From NCBI GenBank assembly GCA_016183775.1, contig JACPDY010000001.1, positions 2,190 through 66,189 of the forward strand: a stretch of DNA of 64,000 nt. Reading direction: 5' to 3'. The notes beneath the pieces are model-generated. The model had not been told where the DNA came from, ran no database searches, and saw nothing but the letters and a program-made list of their open reading frames with translations. Origin of the DNA: Bacteroidota bacterium (GTDB lineage: Bacteria; Bacteroidota; Bacteroidia; JABDFU01). This document shows, one piece after another, positions 9,523 through 18,841 of the stretch (position 1 is the first letter of the stretch; each line of letters begins with the position of its first letter). Position numbers and translations under genes: made by a program.

Positions 9523-12468
9523 TTATTTGATCGCGTTGTAGATCTCCTTTTGAATTTTACTGCGTATTCCCATTTTGGAAAGTTTGTTTATTTCTGCATC
9601 AGGATAAACACGGTTGGAAAGAAAAACATACACAAGATTCTTTGCGGGGTCGGCCCATGTAATTGTACCTGTAAATCCGGAATGACCATAGCTGAGATAC
9701 GACACACAATCACATACCGGGCTTTCTTTGGTTGAATTAGTCTCCGGTTTGTCAAATCCAACGGCTCTCCTGTTGTCGGTGCAATACTGGCAACGGGTGA
9801 ACTCACTTACTATTGCCGTATCAAGGTATCTGACACCTCCGTATTCTCCTTTTTGCATGAACATTTGCGTAAGTATGGCCAGGTCGTTCGCGTTGGCAAA
9901 TAGGCCTGCATGTCCTCCAACACCTCCCATCATTGCCGCGCCCTGATCATGAACATCACCATGGACCAATTGCTTGCGGAATTTCACATCATATTCGGTT
10001 GGTGGTATTCTGGTTAACTCAAATCGCGCACGTGGAAGATAACTCATGGTTGAAAGTCCGAGAGGAGTGTAAAAATTTTTTGACACATATTCATTCAATG
10101 GCATTCCTGTTTTTTGTTCAATGATTTTTTTGAGATAGTAATATCCCAGGTCGCTGTATTTGTACCGGCCGGCTTCTTTTACTTCGGAGTTGGCGATTTC
10201 TTTGTAAATAGTATCCGTGTAATTTTTTCGAATATACATATCGTTCGCCACACGTACAGGGAAAGAATCGCTTTGCGTTTTACTGTAGATGCCAGGTTTG
10301 TATTGTCCTTTTTTCACGGTATGTAGCCAGAAAGGGATCCAGTCGCGCAGTCCGGCCTGGTGTGCCATCATTTCCCGGATAATAATATTAGCCTTATTGG
10401 TTCCTTCGAGTTCCGGAAGATGATAGCACAACCGATCGTCTAATTTTATTTTATGTTCTTCAACCATTTTCATTAGTGAAGGTGCTGAAGCTGCAATCTT
10501 GGTTACCGAAGCCAGATCATATATATCGGTATTGGTCACAGCGCGCTTGTTCTCATAAGTATGATAGCCGAATGATTTCAGGTAGATTACTTTACCCTCT
10601 TTTGCGACAAGAATTTCACAGCCGGGGTAAGCTTTTTCTTTTATACCATACAATGCAATGGTGTCTATCCTGTCGAAATCAGAACTTGAAAGACCGAGTT
10701 CTTCAGGTATGGTATACTTAAAGCGTCCCAGGCCGGTTGTTTCAATGCCGGAACCAAATTTAAAATTTGCAGAAGCGGTAACCGGCAGTTTTCCATTTAC
10801 ACCGATTGCGCCAAAAATAAGTTGTGCGGAAAGGCTTTGAGTCAGCTCATTATCTTCATAAGATAAAATAACTCCATCCGCATTTTGAAGACTATCAATG
10901 CGTAGAAGAATATATGGATTGGCGCTTACATTGACAATAGTTTTGTTTTGCCTCATTACTTCTTGCAATACCTTTGAGGATTGATCAGTGAATCCAAAAT
11001 TTTTAACGGGCGAATTATTTGTGTTATTTACGTGAACGACAACGAGATTGTATGCTTTTAGCCATTTTACCACCGAATCGCATTCCGATGGTTTTGCGGT
11101 TCTGTCAAGGCCAAAATGTTTAACCGGTGCGTAGTACCCAAGCATTTCCTGGAATTGATTCGTGGTTTTATATCCAAGCGATAATGACGCGATCTTAAGG
11201 GTGTCCAATTTTTGTAATGGAATCACGTTGTTTTTATTTTGTAGTAATGTAAGTGAAGCTTCAACCAGCTTGCGGTTGATAAGGTCTGCTTGAGGTGTAT
11301 TCAGATCCTTTGTGAGATTTTTGAGTTCAATTGGAGAGTAATGATCAAGGCCGCACCATTGCTTGGCAAGCAGTATTTTTTTGCAGCGTTTGTCAATTTC
11401 TTCCTGTGTGATATCTCCTTTAGCGATCGCTTTTTTAATTTCAATGATCGCTGTTGGTACGTCTTCCGCAAATAATAACACATCATTTCCTGCCAGGAGC
11501 GCTTTCACATTTACAACTCCGGGAGGATAAAATTTGCTTACCCCCTTCATGTTAAGCGCATCTGTAAAAACAAGGCCGCTGAATTTTAATTCATCTTTAA
11601 GTAGACCTGTAACAATAGTTTTGGATAGGGTAGAGGCAGTGTTTTTTGTGGAGTCAAGTGAAGGAATAAATAAATGAGCTACCATTAAGCTGCCAAGTCC
11701 TTTTTCCATTAGTTGTTTAAATGGATACAGATCCAGTGAATCAAGCAGTTCTTTGGAGTGTTTGATAGTTGGTAATGTTTTATGTGAATCGCTGTCCGTA
11801 TCACCATGTCCTGGAAAATGTTTGGCATTTGCCATTACTCCATTGTCCTGCATCCCTTTCATGTACATTGTGGCTTTTCGGGCCACCAGGTATTTATTTT
11901 CACCGAATGAGCGGTTGCTGATAACCGGATTGAGCGGATTGCTGTTAATATCAACAACGGGCGCGAGATTAACATGTATTCCTAAGCGTTTGCATTGTCG
12001 TGCTATTTCGGCACCCATTTGGTAGATCAATGTATCATTTTGTATGGCACCGAGCGACATTTGCCGCGGAAACTGAGTTGTGCTGTCCAATCGCATAGCC
12101 AAACCCCATTCGCCATCAATTGAGATCATCAACGGAACTTTGGACAAGCTTTGGTATTCATTGGTCAGTATGGCTTCGCGTACCGGGCCTCCCTGGAAAA
12201 AAATAAGCCCGCCTATATGGTATTTGGAAACCAGTTCTTTTATATCATCTACATGGTTTTTGTCCTTGTTTGAATAGGCCGCCACCATAAAAAGCTGGGC
12301 AATGCGTTCATCCGGACTTAATGTTAGATAAACGGAATCTGCCCAGTGGGTATTGGTTAAGGCGTAAAACGGAACGGAGTTATCGGGGGCTTGCTTAAAG
12401 CCGGCAAACAGCAGCGCAGCTGCAGACAGAATGAATATTGAAACCCGCTGGTATACAATTTTTCGCAT
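9523..12468 (-). CDS. Glycoside hydrolase family 3 (NagZ-like beta-N-acetylhexosaminidase) fused to a serine beta-lactamase/PBP-like hydrolase domain
   Basis: GH3 motif KHFPGHGDTDSDSHK is present, and the C-terminal half has S-x-x-K (ASVTKIAA). The track ORF starts at 12573, but the ATG at 12466-12468 gives MRKIVYQRVSIFILSAAALLFAG, a proper signal peptide. The upstream extension has no such character. Confidence 0.85.
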   Translation of the reverse strand: MRKIVYQRVSIFILSAAALLFAGFKQAPDNSVPFYALTNTHWADSVYLTLSPDERIAQLFMVAAYSNKDKNHVDDIKELVSKYHIGGLIFFQGGPVREAILTNEYQSLSKVPLMISIDGEWGLAMRLDSTTQFPRQMSLGAIQNDTLIYQMGAEIARQCKRLGIHVNLAPVVDINSNPLNPVISNRSFGENKYLVARKATMYMKGMQDNGVMANAKHFPGHGDTDSDSHKTLPTIKHSKELLDSLDLYPFKQLMEKGLGSLMVAHLFIPSLDSTKNTASTLSKTIVTGLLKDELKFSGLVFTDALNMKGVSKFYPPGVVNVKALLAGNDVLLFAEDVPTAIIEIKKAIAKGDITQEEIDKRCKKILLAKQWCGLDHYSPIELKNLTKDLNTPQADLINRKLVEASLTLLQNKNNVIPLQKLDTLKIASLSLGYKTTNQFQEMLGYYAPVKHFGLDRTAKPSECDSVVKWLKAYNLVVVHVNNTNNSPVKNFGFTDQSSKVLQEVMRQNKTIVNVSANPYILLRIDSLQNADGVILSYEDNELTQSLSAQLIFGAIGVNGKLPVTASANFKFGSGIETTGLGRFKYTIPEELGLSSSDFDRIDTIALYGIKEKAYPGCEILVAKEGKVIYLKSFGYHTYENKRAVTNTDIYDLASVTKIAASAPSLMKMVEEHKIKLDDRLCYHLPELEGTNKANIIIREMMAHQAGLRDWIPFWLHTVKKGQYKPGIYSKTQSDSFPVRVANDMYIRKNYTDTIYKEIANSEVKEAGRYKYSDLGYYYLKKIIEQKTGMPLNEYVSKNFYTPLGLSTMSYLPRARFELTRIPPTEYDVKFRKQLVHGDVHDQGAAMMGGVGGHAGLFANANDLAILTQMFMQKGEYGGVRYLDTAIVSEFTRCQYCTDNRRAVGFDKPETNSTKESPVCDCVSYLSYGHSGFTGTITWADPAKNLVYVFLSNRVYPDAEINKLSKMGIRSKIQKEIYNAIK

Positions 12469-12631
12469 AAGGGATAAAGTTATCCAAATGGATACTTGAC
12501 AATTACGTTGGTGAATCCAACTTATTAACGCCAATTTGTGAATTGAGGGAATGTCCTCTTTCATTGGTCTCATTCGTTAGTTGAAACTATGCACTTTCAG
12601 TGCACGACTTTCAGTTTCTAAAAACATTATT

Positions 12632-12719
12632 TTCTCTGTGGCTCTCTGTGAAACTCCTTTTTCTCTGTGTAATTTTTTTTACACAGAGTTTCACAGAGGA
12701 GACACAGAGAATCACAGAG
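12632..12719. repeat. Composite dyad built from CTCTGTG / CACAGAG words (period about 10 nt)
   Basis: The left arm carries TTCTCTGTG at 12632, CTCTCTGTG at 12642 and TTCTCTGTG at 12661. After a T8 loop, CACAGAG occurs at 12682, 12692, 12703 and 12713. The arms nest as a long imperfect hairpin. It lies in the divergent spacer between the GH3 gene and mutL. Confidence 0.8.
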
Positions 12720-12835
12720 CATTTTTTATTTAGTATTGCGGAAAGAATTTCATCCTTTCTTTATCTCAACCTATGGACTTTCAGTTCTAGTGGTTTAGTT
12801 AATCAAATGAAGCAAAGTAAGGGTTGAATAAATTG

Positions 12836-12899
12836 CCACAAAGATACCAAGACACAAAGTTTTACGAAGATTTCTTTGTGCTTCCTGGTGCCTTTGTGG
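12836..12899. repeat. Dyad built from CACAAAG / CTTTGTG words
   Basis: CCACAAAG...CACAAAG (12836-12859) faces CTTTGTG...CCTTTGTGG (12874-12899), giving an imperfect hairpin. It lies in the same divergent spacer. Confidence 0.75.
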
Positions 12900-13045
12900 T
12901 CTTAGTGGCAAAATACTTTATGTTTTTCTTGCCAAAATCCTGATCTACGCAAATATTAATTTTCAACATTGCAGTTTTCGGTGCTCATTACACCGGAATT
13001 TCTCCTTCATAAGTAGTATATTTAACCTCATTTTTAAAACCAACA

Positions 13046-14878
13046 ATGTCCGATATAATTCAGCTTTTACCCGATTCAGTAGCCAACCAGATAGCGGCAG
13101 GTGAGGTTATTCAACGACCCGCTTCTGCTGTAAAGGAATTGTTGGAAAATGCCATCGATTCAGGTGCTGCTGATATCAAATTGATCGTAAAGGATTCCGG
13201 TAAAACACTGATACAGGTAATTGACAATGGTTGCGGTATGAGTGAAACTGATGCACGTATGAGTTTTGAGCGCCACGCCACATCTAAAATTAAAAAGGCT
13301 GATGATCTGTTTAATATACGTACCAAAGGTTTTAGGGGAGAGGCATTGGCGTCGATCGCGGCTATCGCGCATGTTGAACTAAAAACACGGCGGCCTAATG
13401 ATGAAATTGGTACGCGTATTGAAATGGAAGGAAGTGAAGTGAAAAGTCAAAATCCTTTTAATAGCCCTGTTGGAACAGCATTTTCAGTTAAAAATTTATT
13501 TTATAATGTCCCGGCCCGCCGGAATTTTTTGAAATCCGACCAGGTAGAGTTTCGTCATATACTGGAAGAATTTGAGCGGGTGGCCATACCTCATCCTGAA
13601 ATAGCTTTCTCATTGCATCATAATAACCAGATCGTTTTCCAACTGGAAAAGGGATCTTTGAAGCAGCGTATCGTTGCTTTGTTTGGCGGAAACTATAACG
13701 AACGCTTGGCGCCTATTGAGCAGGAAACAAACATTTTGAACCTTATCGGATACATCGGCAAACCGGAGTTCGCTAAAAAGACGAGGGGAGAACAGTTCTT
13801 TTTCATCAACAGGCGTTTTATAAAGAGTGCCTACCTGAATCACGCCGTGCAAGGGGCTTACGATGAATTATTGGCGAGGGATAGTTTCCCATCGTACTTC
13901 ATATTAATGGAGGTTGATCCGAAAACAATTGATATTAATATTCATCCCACCAAAACGGAAATAAAGTTTGAGGACGAGAAGTCGATCTACGCTATTTTAC
14001 GTTCAAGTGTTAAGCTTTCATTGGGAAAGCATAATATAACACCAACTATAGATTTTAACCAGGAAATGAGTTTTGCCAATATCCCCTTAAAGTCGGATAA
14101 GGATTTTATTCCCGAGCCAACTATAAAGGTTGATCCGGATTATAATCCTTTTAAAGCAAGTGGTAAAGCGACATCATCTTATAAGAAAAGCGAATCTGTT
14201 CTTAACTTATCAAATAAAGCCAACTGGGAAAAGTTGTACGAGTCAATAAAGACCGAAACTGAACAGCAGCAAAAGCCGGCGGAGAAAGCTCCGGAGATGA
14301 TACATATTGAAGAAGGCAGTCAGGTTTTCCAGTTGCATGGTAAATATATTTTATCTCCGATTAAGTCCGGGATCATGATCGTTGATCAGCAAGGTGCGCA
14401 CGAGCGTATTTTATATGAGCAATACGTGAATTCGATAGCGAATCACAAAGCCTCATCGCAGCAGGAATTGTTCCCTAAAACAATTGAGTTAAGTACAGGT
14501 GATGCGGAGTTGGTGAAGGAATTGTCAGCGGAAATTCATGGAGTTGGTTTCGATATCAGTGAGTTTGGTAAGAATACATTTGTGATTAATGGGATTCCCG
14601 CCGATGTTACAAGTGCCGATAGCATACAATTGCTCGAAGGTTTGCTTGAAACCTACAAACAGAATCTTATAGAAGTTAAAATAGACAAGCGCGAGAATAT
14701 AGCCAGATCAATGGCCAGGAACGCTGCTGTTAAGGTGGGAAGGTTACTTACCCAGGGTGAAATGCAGGGGCTTATTGATCGGCTGTTCGCATGTGCAATG
14801 CCATATACGTCACCTTCGGGCAAGCCGGTTGTTACAACAATGGCTGTTGCTGATATAGAAAAGTTGTTTAAAAAATAA
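13046..14878 (+). CDS. mutL: DNA mismatch repair protein MutL
   Basis: The N-terminus LPDSVANQIAAGEVIQRPASAVKELLENAIDSGA is the GHKL ATPase hallmark of MutL. The protein is 610 aa with a C-terminal dimerisation region. Confidence 0.96.
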   Translation: MSDIIQLLPDSVANQIAAGEVIQRPASAVKELLENAIDSGAADIKLIVKDSGKTLIQVIDNGCGMSETDARMSFERHATSKIKKADDLFNIRTKGFRGEALASIAAIAHVELKTRRPNDEIGTRIEMEGSEVKSQNPFNSPVGTAFSVKNLFYNVPARRNFLKSDQVEFRHILEEFERVAIPHPEIAFSLHHNNQIVFQLEKGSLKQRIVALFGGNYNERLAPIEQETNILNLIGYIGKPEFAKKTRGEQFFFINRRFIKSAYLNHAVQGAYDELLARDSFPSYFILMEVDPKTIDINIHPTKTEIKFEDEKSIYAILRSSVKLSLGKHNITPTIDFNQEMSFANIPLKSDKDFIPEPTIKVDPDYNPFKASGKATSSYKKSESVLNLSNKANWEKLYESIKTETEQQQKPAEKAPEMIHIEEGSQVFQLHGKYILSPIKSGIMIVDQQGAHERILYEQYVNSIANHKASSQQELFPKTIELSTGDAELVKELSAEIHGVGFDISEFGKNTFVINGIPADVTSADSIQLLEGLLETYKQNLIEVKIDKRENIARSMARNAAVKVGRLLTQGEMQGLIDRLFACAMPYTSPSGKPVVTTMAVADIEKLFKK

Positions 14879-14888
14879 TTGTGTAAGT

Positions 14889-15743
14889 ATGAGCTACCAG
14901 GAATACCGTCCGTCCAGTTTTCAGATATTACCCCCGGTAATTAAGAATATACTTATTATCAATGTTATATTTCTGTTTGCTCAATCTGTTCTTCGGAATG
15001 CATATAATATCGAATTAAGTGAATTTCTTGGTTTGCATTACTTTTTTGCAGATAAATTCAGGGTTTATCAGTTTATAACTTATATGTTCATGCATGGTGA
15101 TTTTTTTCACCTGTTATCAAACATGTTTGCTTTATGGATGTTTGGCTCCGTATTGGAAAATTTCTGGGGCCCCAAACGATTCCTGACTTTTTATTTAGTA
15201 ACCGGCCTGGGCGCCGCGCTTACTCATTACATTATTTTTTATTTTCAAATAACACCCACTGTTGATTTTGTTAATCAATACATAGCCAGTCCCGACCTCA
15301 GGCAATTTGAGGAGTTCTTTCAATCGGGTCATTTTAAAATAGTTTCAATTGAAATGAAAAGCCAGGTGGAAGCCCTCATTGCTCAATACAATGGTATGGA
15401 AGCTGCCGGTAACCAGGCGGGAATGCTGAGTGCTTCGCTTGAATTTATGAATAATTACAAAGATGAATTGTTGAATGCTCCCGTGGTGGTTGGGGCTTCC
15501 GGTTCTGTATTTGGTGTGCTGCTGGCTTTTGGTATGTTGTTCCCGAACACAATGTTGTATGTGTATTTTGCCATACCTATTAAAGCAAAATATTTTGTTA
15601 TTATTTATGGTGCCATTGAATTGTTTTCGGGTATACAGGGTGCAGTTGGCGACAATGTGGCTCACTTTGCGCATCTGGGTGGAATGCTTTTTGGCTTTAT
15701 ACTTATAAAATATTGGGGTAAAAATCACAGTCAATTCTATTAA
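14889..15743 (+). CDS. Rhomboid-family intramembrane serine protease
   Basis: Multi-TM protein with FMHGDFFHLLSNM, the catalytic GASGSVFG motif and AHLGG histidine. Confidence 0.85.
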   Translation: MSYQEYRPSSFQILPPVIKNILIINVIFLFAQSVLRNAYNIELSEFLGLHYFFADKFRVYQFITYMFMHGDFFHLLSNMFALWMFGSVLENFWGPKRFLTFYLVTGLGAALTHYIIFYFQITPTVDFVNQYIASPDLRQFEEFFQSGHFKIVSIEMKSQVEALIAQYNGMEAAGNQAGMLSASLEFMNNYKDELLNAPVVVGASGSVFGVLLAFGMLFPNTMLYVYFAIPIKAKYFVIIYGAIELFSGIQGAVGDNVAHFAHLGGMLFGFILIKYWGKNHSQFY

Positions 15744-15748
15744 AAGAT

Positions 15749-16621
15749 ATGTCCATCGTTGAAGATTTGAAAAATACGTTCAGGGGAAAGAATAACGGAT
15801 TAATGAAATTGATAGTCATTAACGTTATTTTATTTGTCGTATCGAACCTTTTTATAGGTATCACAAGGCTTTCCGGGGGCGCAGGAAGTGAGGTATATCA
15901 GTTATTCGGATTGACACCTGATCTTTCTTTTCTTCTTTCGCACTTTTGGACCCCTGTTACCTATATGTTCTTTCATAATGATGTGTTTCACATTCTTTTT
16001 AATATGCTTTGGTTATACTGGATGGGACAACTATTTGTGGAATTCATTGGAAGCAAGCAGCTGATCAGTACCTATTTATTGGGCGGTATAAGCGGCGGTA
16101 TTTTATTTATCGCAACCAGTTTTTTATTTCCTGAAGCATTATCCGGAGCTGTATTAATTGGAGCGTCTGCCGCTGTTATGGCTATTGTGGTGGCAATTGC
16201 TTTTTTAATTCCTAACTATACTATTCAATTACTTTTATTTGGTTCGGTAAAACTTAAATACCTGGCTTTGATTTCTTTTATTCTCTCTACATTGATTGAT
16301 TTTTACAATAATACTGGTGGAAAGGTGGCGCATATTGGGGGTGCATTGTATGGCTATATTTTTATTGTTCAATATCGCAAAGGAAGTGATATAGGTAAAC
16401 ACGTCAGTTCAATTATTGGTTGGGCCGGAAATTTATTTAAACCCCGCACCAGGATGAAAGTGGCGTACAAAAAGCCCGCCAGCGATGAAGTATATAACAC
16501 GAATAAGCTCGCCGCCGAAAGGTATATGAATGCCATACTGGATAAGATCTCCAAATCCGGGTACGATAGCCTTAGCAAGGAAGAAAAGGAATTTTTGTTT
16601 AAGCAAAGTGGTAAAAGATAG
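15749..16621 (+). CDS. Rhomboid-family intramembrane protease paralog
   Basis: FFHNDVFHILFNM, GASAAVMA and AHIGGALYG motifs. It is tandem to the first rhomboid. Confidence 0.8.
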   Translation: MSIVEDLKNTFRGKNNGLMKLIVINVILFVVSNLFIGITRLSGGAGSEVYQLFGLTPDLSFLLSHFWTPVTYMFFHNDVFHILFNMLWLYWMGQLFVEFIGSKQLISTYLLGGISGGILFIATSFLFPEALSGAVLIGASAAVMAIVVAIAFLIPNYTIQLLLFGSVKLKYLALISFILSTLIDFYNNTGGKVAHIGGALYGYIFIVQYRKGSDIGKHVSSIIGWAGNLFKPRTRMKVAYKKPASDEVYNTNKLAAERYMNAILDKISKSGYDSLSKEEKEFLFKQSGKR

Positions 16622-16674
16622 TTTCAAGTTTCAGGTTTCAAGTTAAAGCCAACCTGAAACCTCGAACTTGAAAC
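16621..16674. terminator. Inverted heptamer-array hairpin (GTTTCAR x3 / complement x3), terminator-like
   Basis: GTTTCAA GTTTCAG GTTTCAA GTT - aaagcc - AACCTGA AACCTCG AACTTGA AAC. It starts on the G of the rhomboid TAG stop codon. Confidence 0.7.
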
Positions 16675-16676
16675 TA

Positions 16677-16877
16677 ATTGATCGTATAATTTTAATTCTC
16701 AACTATACATTTATAATTTGCCTGTTAATTTCCTATTTCGCTCCCTCCATCGGTTCTGAGATTTTACATCATCGCATTTTTGGGCTTGGCTTATCCTATT
16801 CCTGTTTTTTATGAACATAGTATTTGTAATTTATTGGCTTATGCATTGGAATAAAAAATTTCCGGACATTTTGTTTT
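16677..16877 (+). pseudogene. Possible frameshifted 5' remnant of a membrane-anchored endonuclease/exonuclease/phosphatase-family gene
   Basis: Two frames read ...ILILNYTFIICLLISYFAPSIGSEILHHRIFGLG and LILFLFFMNIVFVIYWLMHWNKKF. This resembles, from memory, the TM N-terminus of the EEP gene that often follows the rhomboid pair in Bacteroidota. There is no start codon, and the frame is broken near 16790. The rest of the gene is absent. Confidence 0.3.
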
Positions 16878-16894
16878 GACCTTTAGTAAAATAT

Positions 16895-17182
16895 TTACCT
16901 CCTGTAAAATTTATAAAAGTCGGCACGTGATAATATTCTCTCTGCCCAAATGGTATTATTTTTTAAAATAAATCCCAGCCTGTAGTTCTCCTTTTCGCTG
17001 ATCTTTATTTTTATTCTGAAACGGATTTTGTATTCGTCAAGTGCTTTGTGACCCGGGATATCTGAAATGGTGCGAGCAGACCTGATCTGTTTGATGATGG
17101 TATAAATCTTTTCATTCAACTTTGGCTTCCCTTTTAATTTAACCAAGTCACGTTTGAATTTCGGCCTAAATCTTAGCTCCAT
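16895..17182 (-). CDS. RelE/ParE-superfamily type II toxin
   Basis: 95 aa. The pattern F.P.F.RDL.KL......KI...I..I......I.G.K.L.....FRI...... YRL.F......I....I..R..FY is typical of RelE/ParE toxins. It overlaps the upstream small gene by 17 nt. Confidence 0.7.
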   Translation of the reverse strand: MELRFRPKFKRDLVKLKGKPKLNEKIYTIIKQIRSARTISDIPGHKALDEYKIRFRIKIKISEKENYRLGFILKNNTIWAERILSRADFYKFYRR

Positions 17183-17378
17183 TTCGTTTCAACAGTTTTA
17201 AAATTTCCTGTTCCGAAACTTCACCGCCTTCGCGTTCGGCTTCATCTATCATTTTTGCGAACCATATATCTTCTTTATCGTCAGTCGATAAAACCTTAGA
17301 TTTCAAGTGGAATTTTTTAAACAAGGCCAGGAAAAATGATTTTTCCTTTTCGGGTATGTTTACGATCATTGTTGTCAT
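17166..17378 (-). CDS. Putative antitoxin of the RelE/ParE pair
   Basis: 70 aa with an acidic C-terminal half (DDKEDIWFAKMIDEAEREGGEVSEQEILKLL). It lies immediately upstream of the toxin and is translationally coupled to it. Confidence 0.6.
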   Translation of the reverse strand: MTTMIVNIPEKEKSFFLALFKKFHLKSKVLSTDDKEDIWFAKMIDEAEREGGEVSEQEILKLLKRNGAKI

Positions 17379-17491
17379 TGGCAGTACTTTTTAAGTATAT
17401 AAAGATAGTGAAAAATGGAAATACTTCCGTTTGAGTACCCAATCCCGCTTGCGTAAATCACCAAGCCCGATTTTTAGTACATTTGCTCCTC

Positions 17492-18835
17492 ATGAATCCC
17501 AATAAAACAGTTGCTTTTCATACGCTTGGCTGCAAGTTAAATTATTCCGAAACTTCGGCCATTGCGCGTACTTTTAAAAGTAAGGGGTATGCTGAAGTTG
17601 ATTTTAAAGATCATGCTGATGTTTATGTAATAAATACCTGTTCTGTTACTGAGAATGCCGATAAAGAATGCCGTTATATTGTAAATACTGCTCTCAGGAA
17701 TTCTCCTGATGCATTCATCGCAATTATTGGTTGCTATGCTCAGCTAAAACCCAATGAAATAGCAAATATTGAAGGGGTGGATCTGGTCCTTGGTGCTACT
17801 GAAAAATTTAAACTAATTAATTACCTGGATGATTTGCAAAAGAAGCAATATGCCGAAATTCATTCATGTGAAGTTAGCGATGCCGATCTCTTTGTCGACT
17901 CTTATTCATTAGGCAGTGGCCGCACACGCGCTTTTCTCAAAGTGCAGGATGGTTGTGATTATACGTGTTCGTATTGTACCATTCCATTGGCGCGTGGTGC
18001 CAGCAGGAGCGCTAGTGTCGCTAGTGTGGTTGGCAACGCGAAGAAAATAGCCGCCGAAGGTGCCAAAGAAATTGTTTTGACAGGAGTAAACATAGGTGAT
18101 TTTGGAATTCATCTTAATAATGGGCATGCGGATCGGAAAGAAAACTTCCTTGAACTGATCAAAGAACTGGATAAGGTGGAGGGAATTGAACGCTTCCGTA
18201 TTTCATCCATTGAGCCCAATCTGTTGAAGGATGAGATCATTGAATTTGTAGCTTCTTCAAAACGTTTTGTGCCGCACTTCCACATTCCACTTCAATCGGG
18301 TTCAAATAAATTACTGAAGCTTATGCGCAGGCGTTACATGCGCGAATTGTATGCAGAGCGAGTGAATAAAATAAAGTCAATAATGCCCGATTGCTGTATT
18401 GGCGTTGATGTGATCGTTGGTTTTCCCGGCGAAACTGAAACTGATTTCCTTGAAACATATAATTTCCTGAATGAGTTGAATGTTTCTTACCTGCACGTTT
18501 TTACTTATTCTGAGCGTGATAATACTGATGCGGTAAAACTGGATGGAGTTGTACCTGTTGCTGAACGTAAAAAACGTAATAAAATGCTGCGTATTTTATC
18601 CGCGAAAAAACTCCGGCAGTTTTATGAAGAGAATTTGAATGCAACACAAATTGTATTATTTGAAAGAGAAAGTAAAAATGGCTTCATGCATGGTTTTACA
18701 AAAAATTATGTAAAAGTTACAACACCATTTAATGAGCAATTAGTAAATCAATTGGTTCCCGTTAAGCTGACGGATATTGGCTCCGACGGAAATATAATTA
18801 TTGAACTGTTTGAAGAAAGTATTGTAAACACTTAA
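17492..18835 (+). CDS. mtaB: Radical-SAM methylthiotransferase, MtaB-type (tRNA t6A37 methylthiotransferase)
   Basis: The N-terminal UPF0004 domain begins FHTLGCKLNYSE, and the radical-SAM motif CDYTCSYC is present, followed by a TRAM-like C-terminus. The track start at 17483 is a TTG; the ATG at 17492 is preferred. Confidence 0.85.
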   Translation: MNPNKTVAFHTLGCKLNYSETSAIARTFKSKGYAEVDFKDHADVYVINTCSVTENADKECRYIVNTALRNSPDAFIAIIGCYAQLKPNEIANIEGVDLVLGATEKFKLINYLDDLQKKQYAEIHSCEVSDADLFVDSYSLGSGRTRAFLKVQDGCDYTCSYCTIPLARGASRSASVASVVGNAKKIAAEGAKEIVLTGVNIGDFGIHLNNGHADRKENFLELIKELDKVEGIERFRISSIEPNLLKDEIIEFVASSKRFVPHFHIPLQSGSNKLLKLMRRRYMRELYAERVNKIKSIMPDCCIGVDVIVGFPGETETDFLETYNFLNELNVSYLHVFTYSERDNTDAVKLDGVVPVAERKKRNKMLRILSAKKLRQFYEENLNATQIVLFERESKNGFMHGFTKNYVKVTTPFNEQLVNQLVPVKLTDIGSDGNIIIELFEESIVNT

Positions 18836-18841
18836 AAAAAT

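Noticed and set aside
12469-12573. 35-codon N-terminal extension of the GH3/beta-lactamase ORF
   Set aside because: The internal ATG at 12468 is followed at once by a classical signal peptide. The extension has no signal or TM character and runs into the repeat-rich spacer.
12600-12827. 75-aa ORF in the GH3-mutL spacer
   Set aside because: Its translation (LFSLWLSVKLLFLCVIFFTQSFTEETQRITEH) is simply the read-through of the CTCTGTG/CACAGAG hairpin arms. It shows no coding signal.
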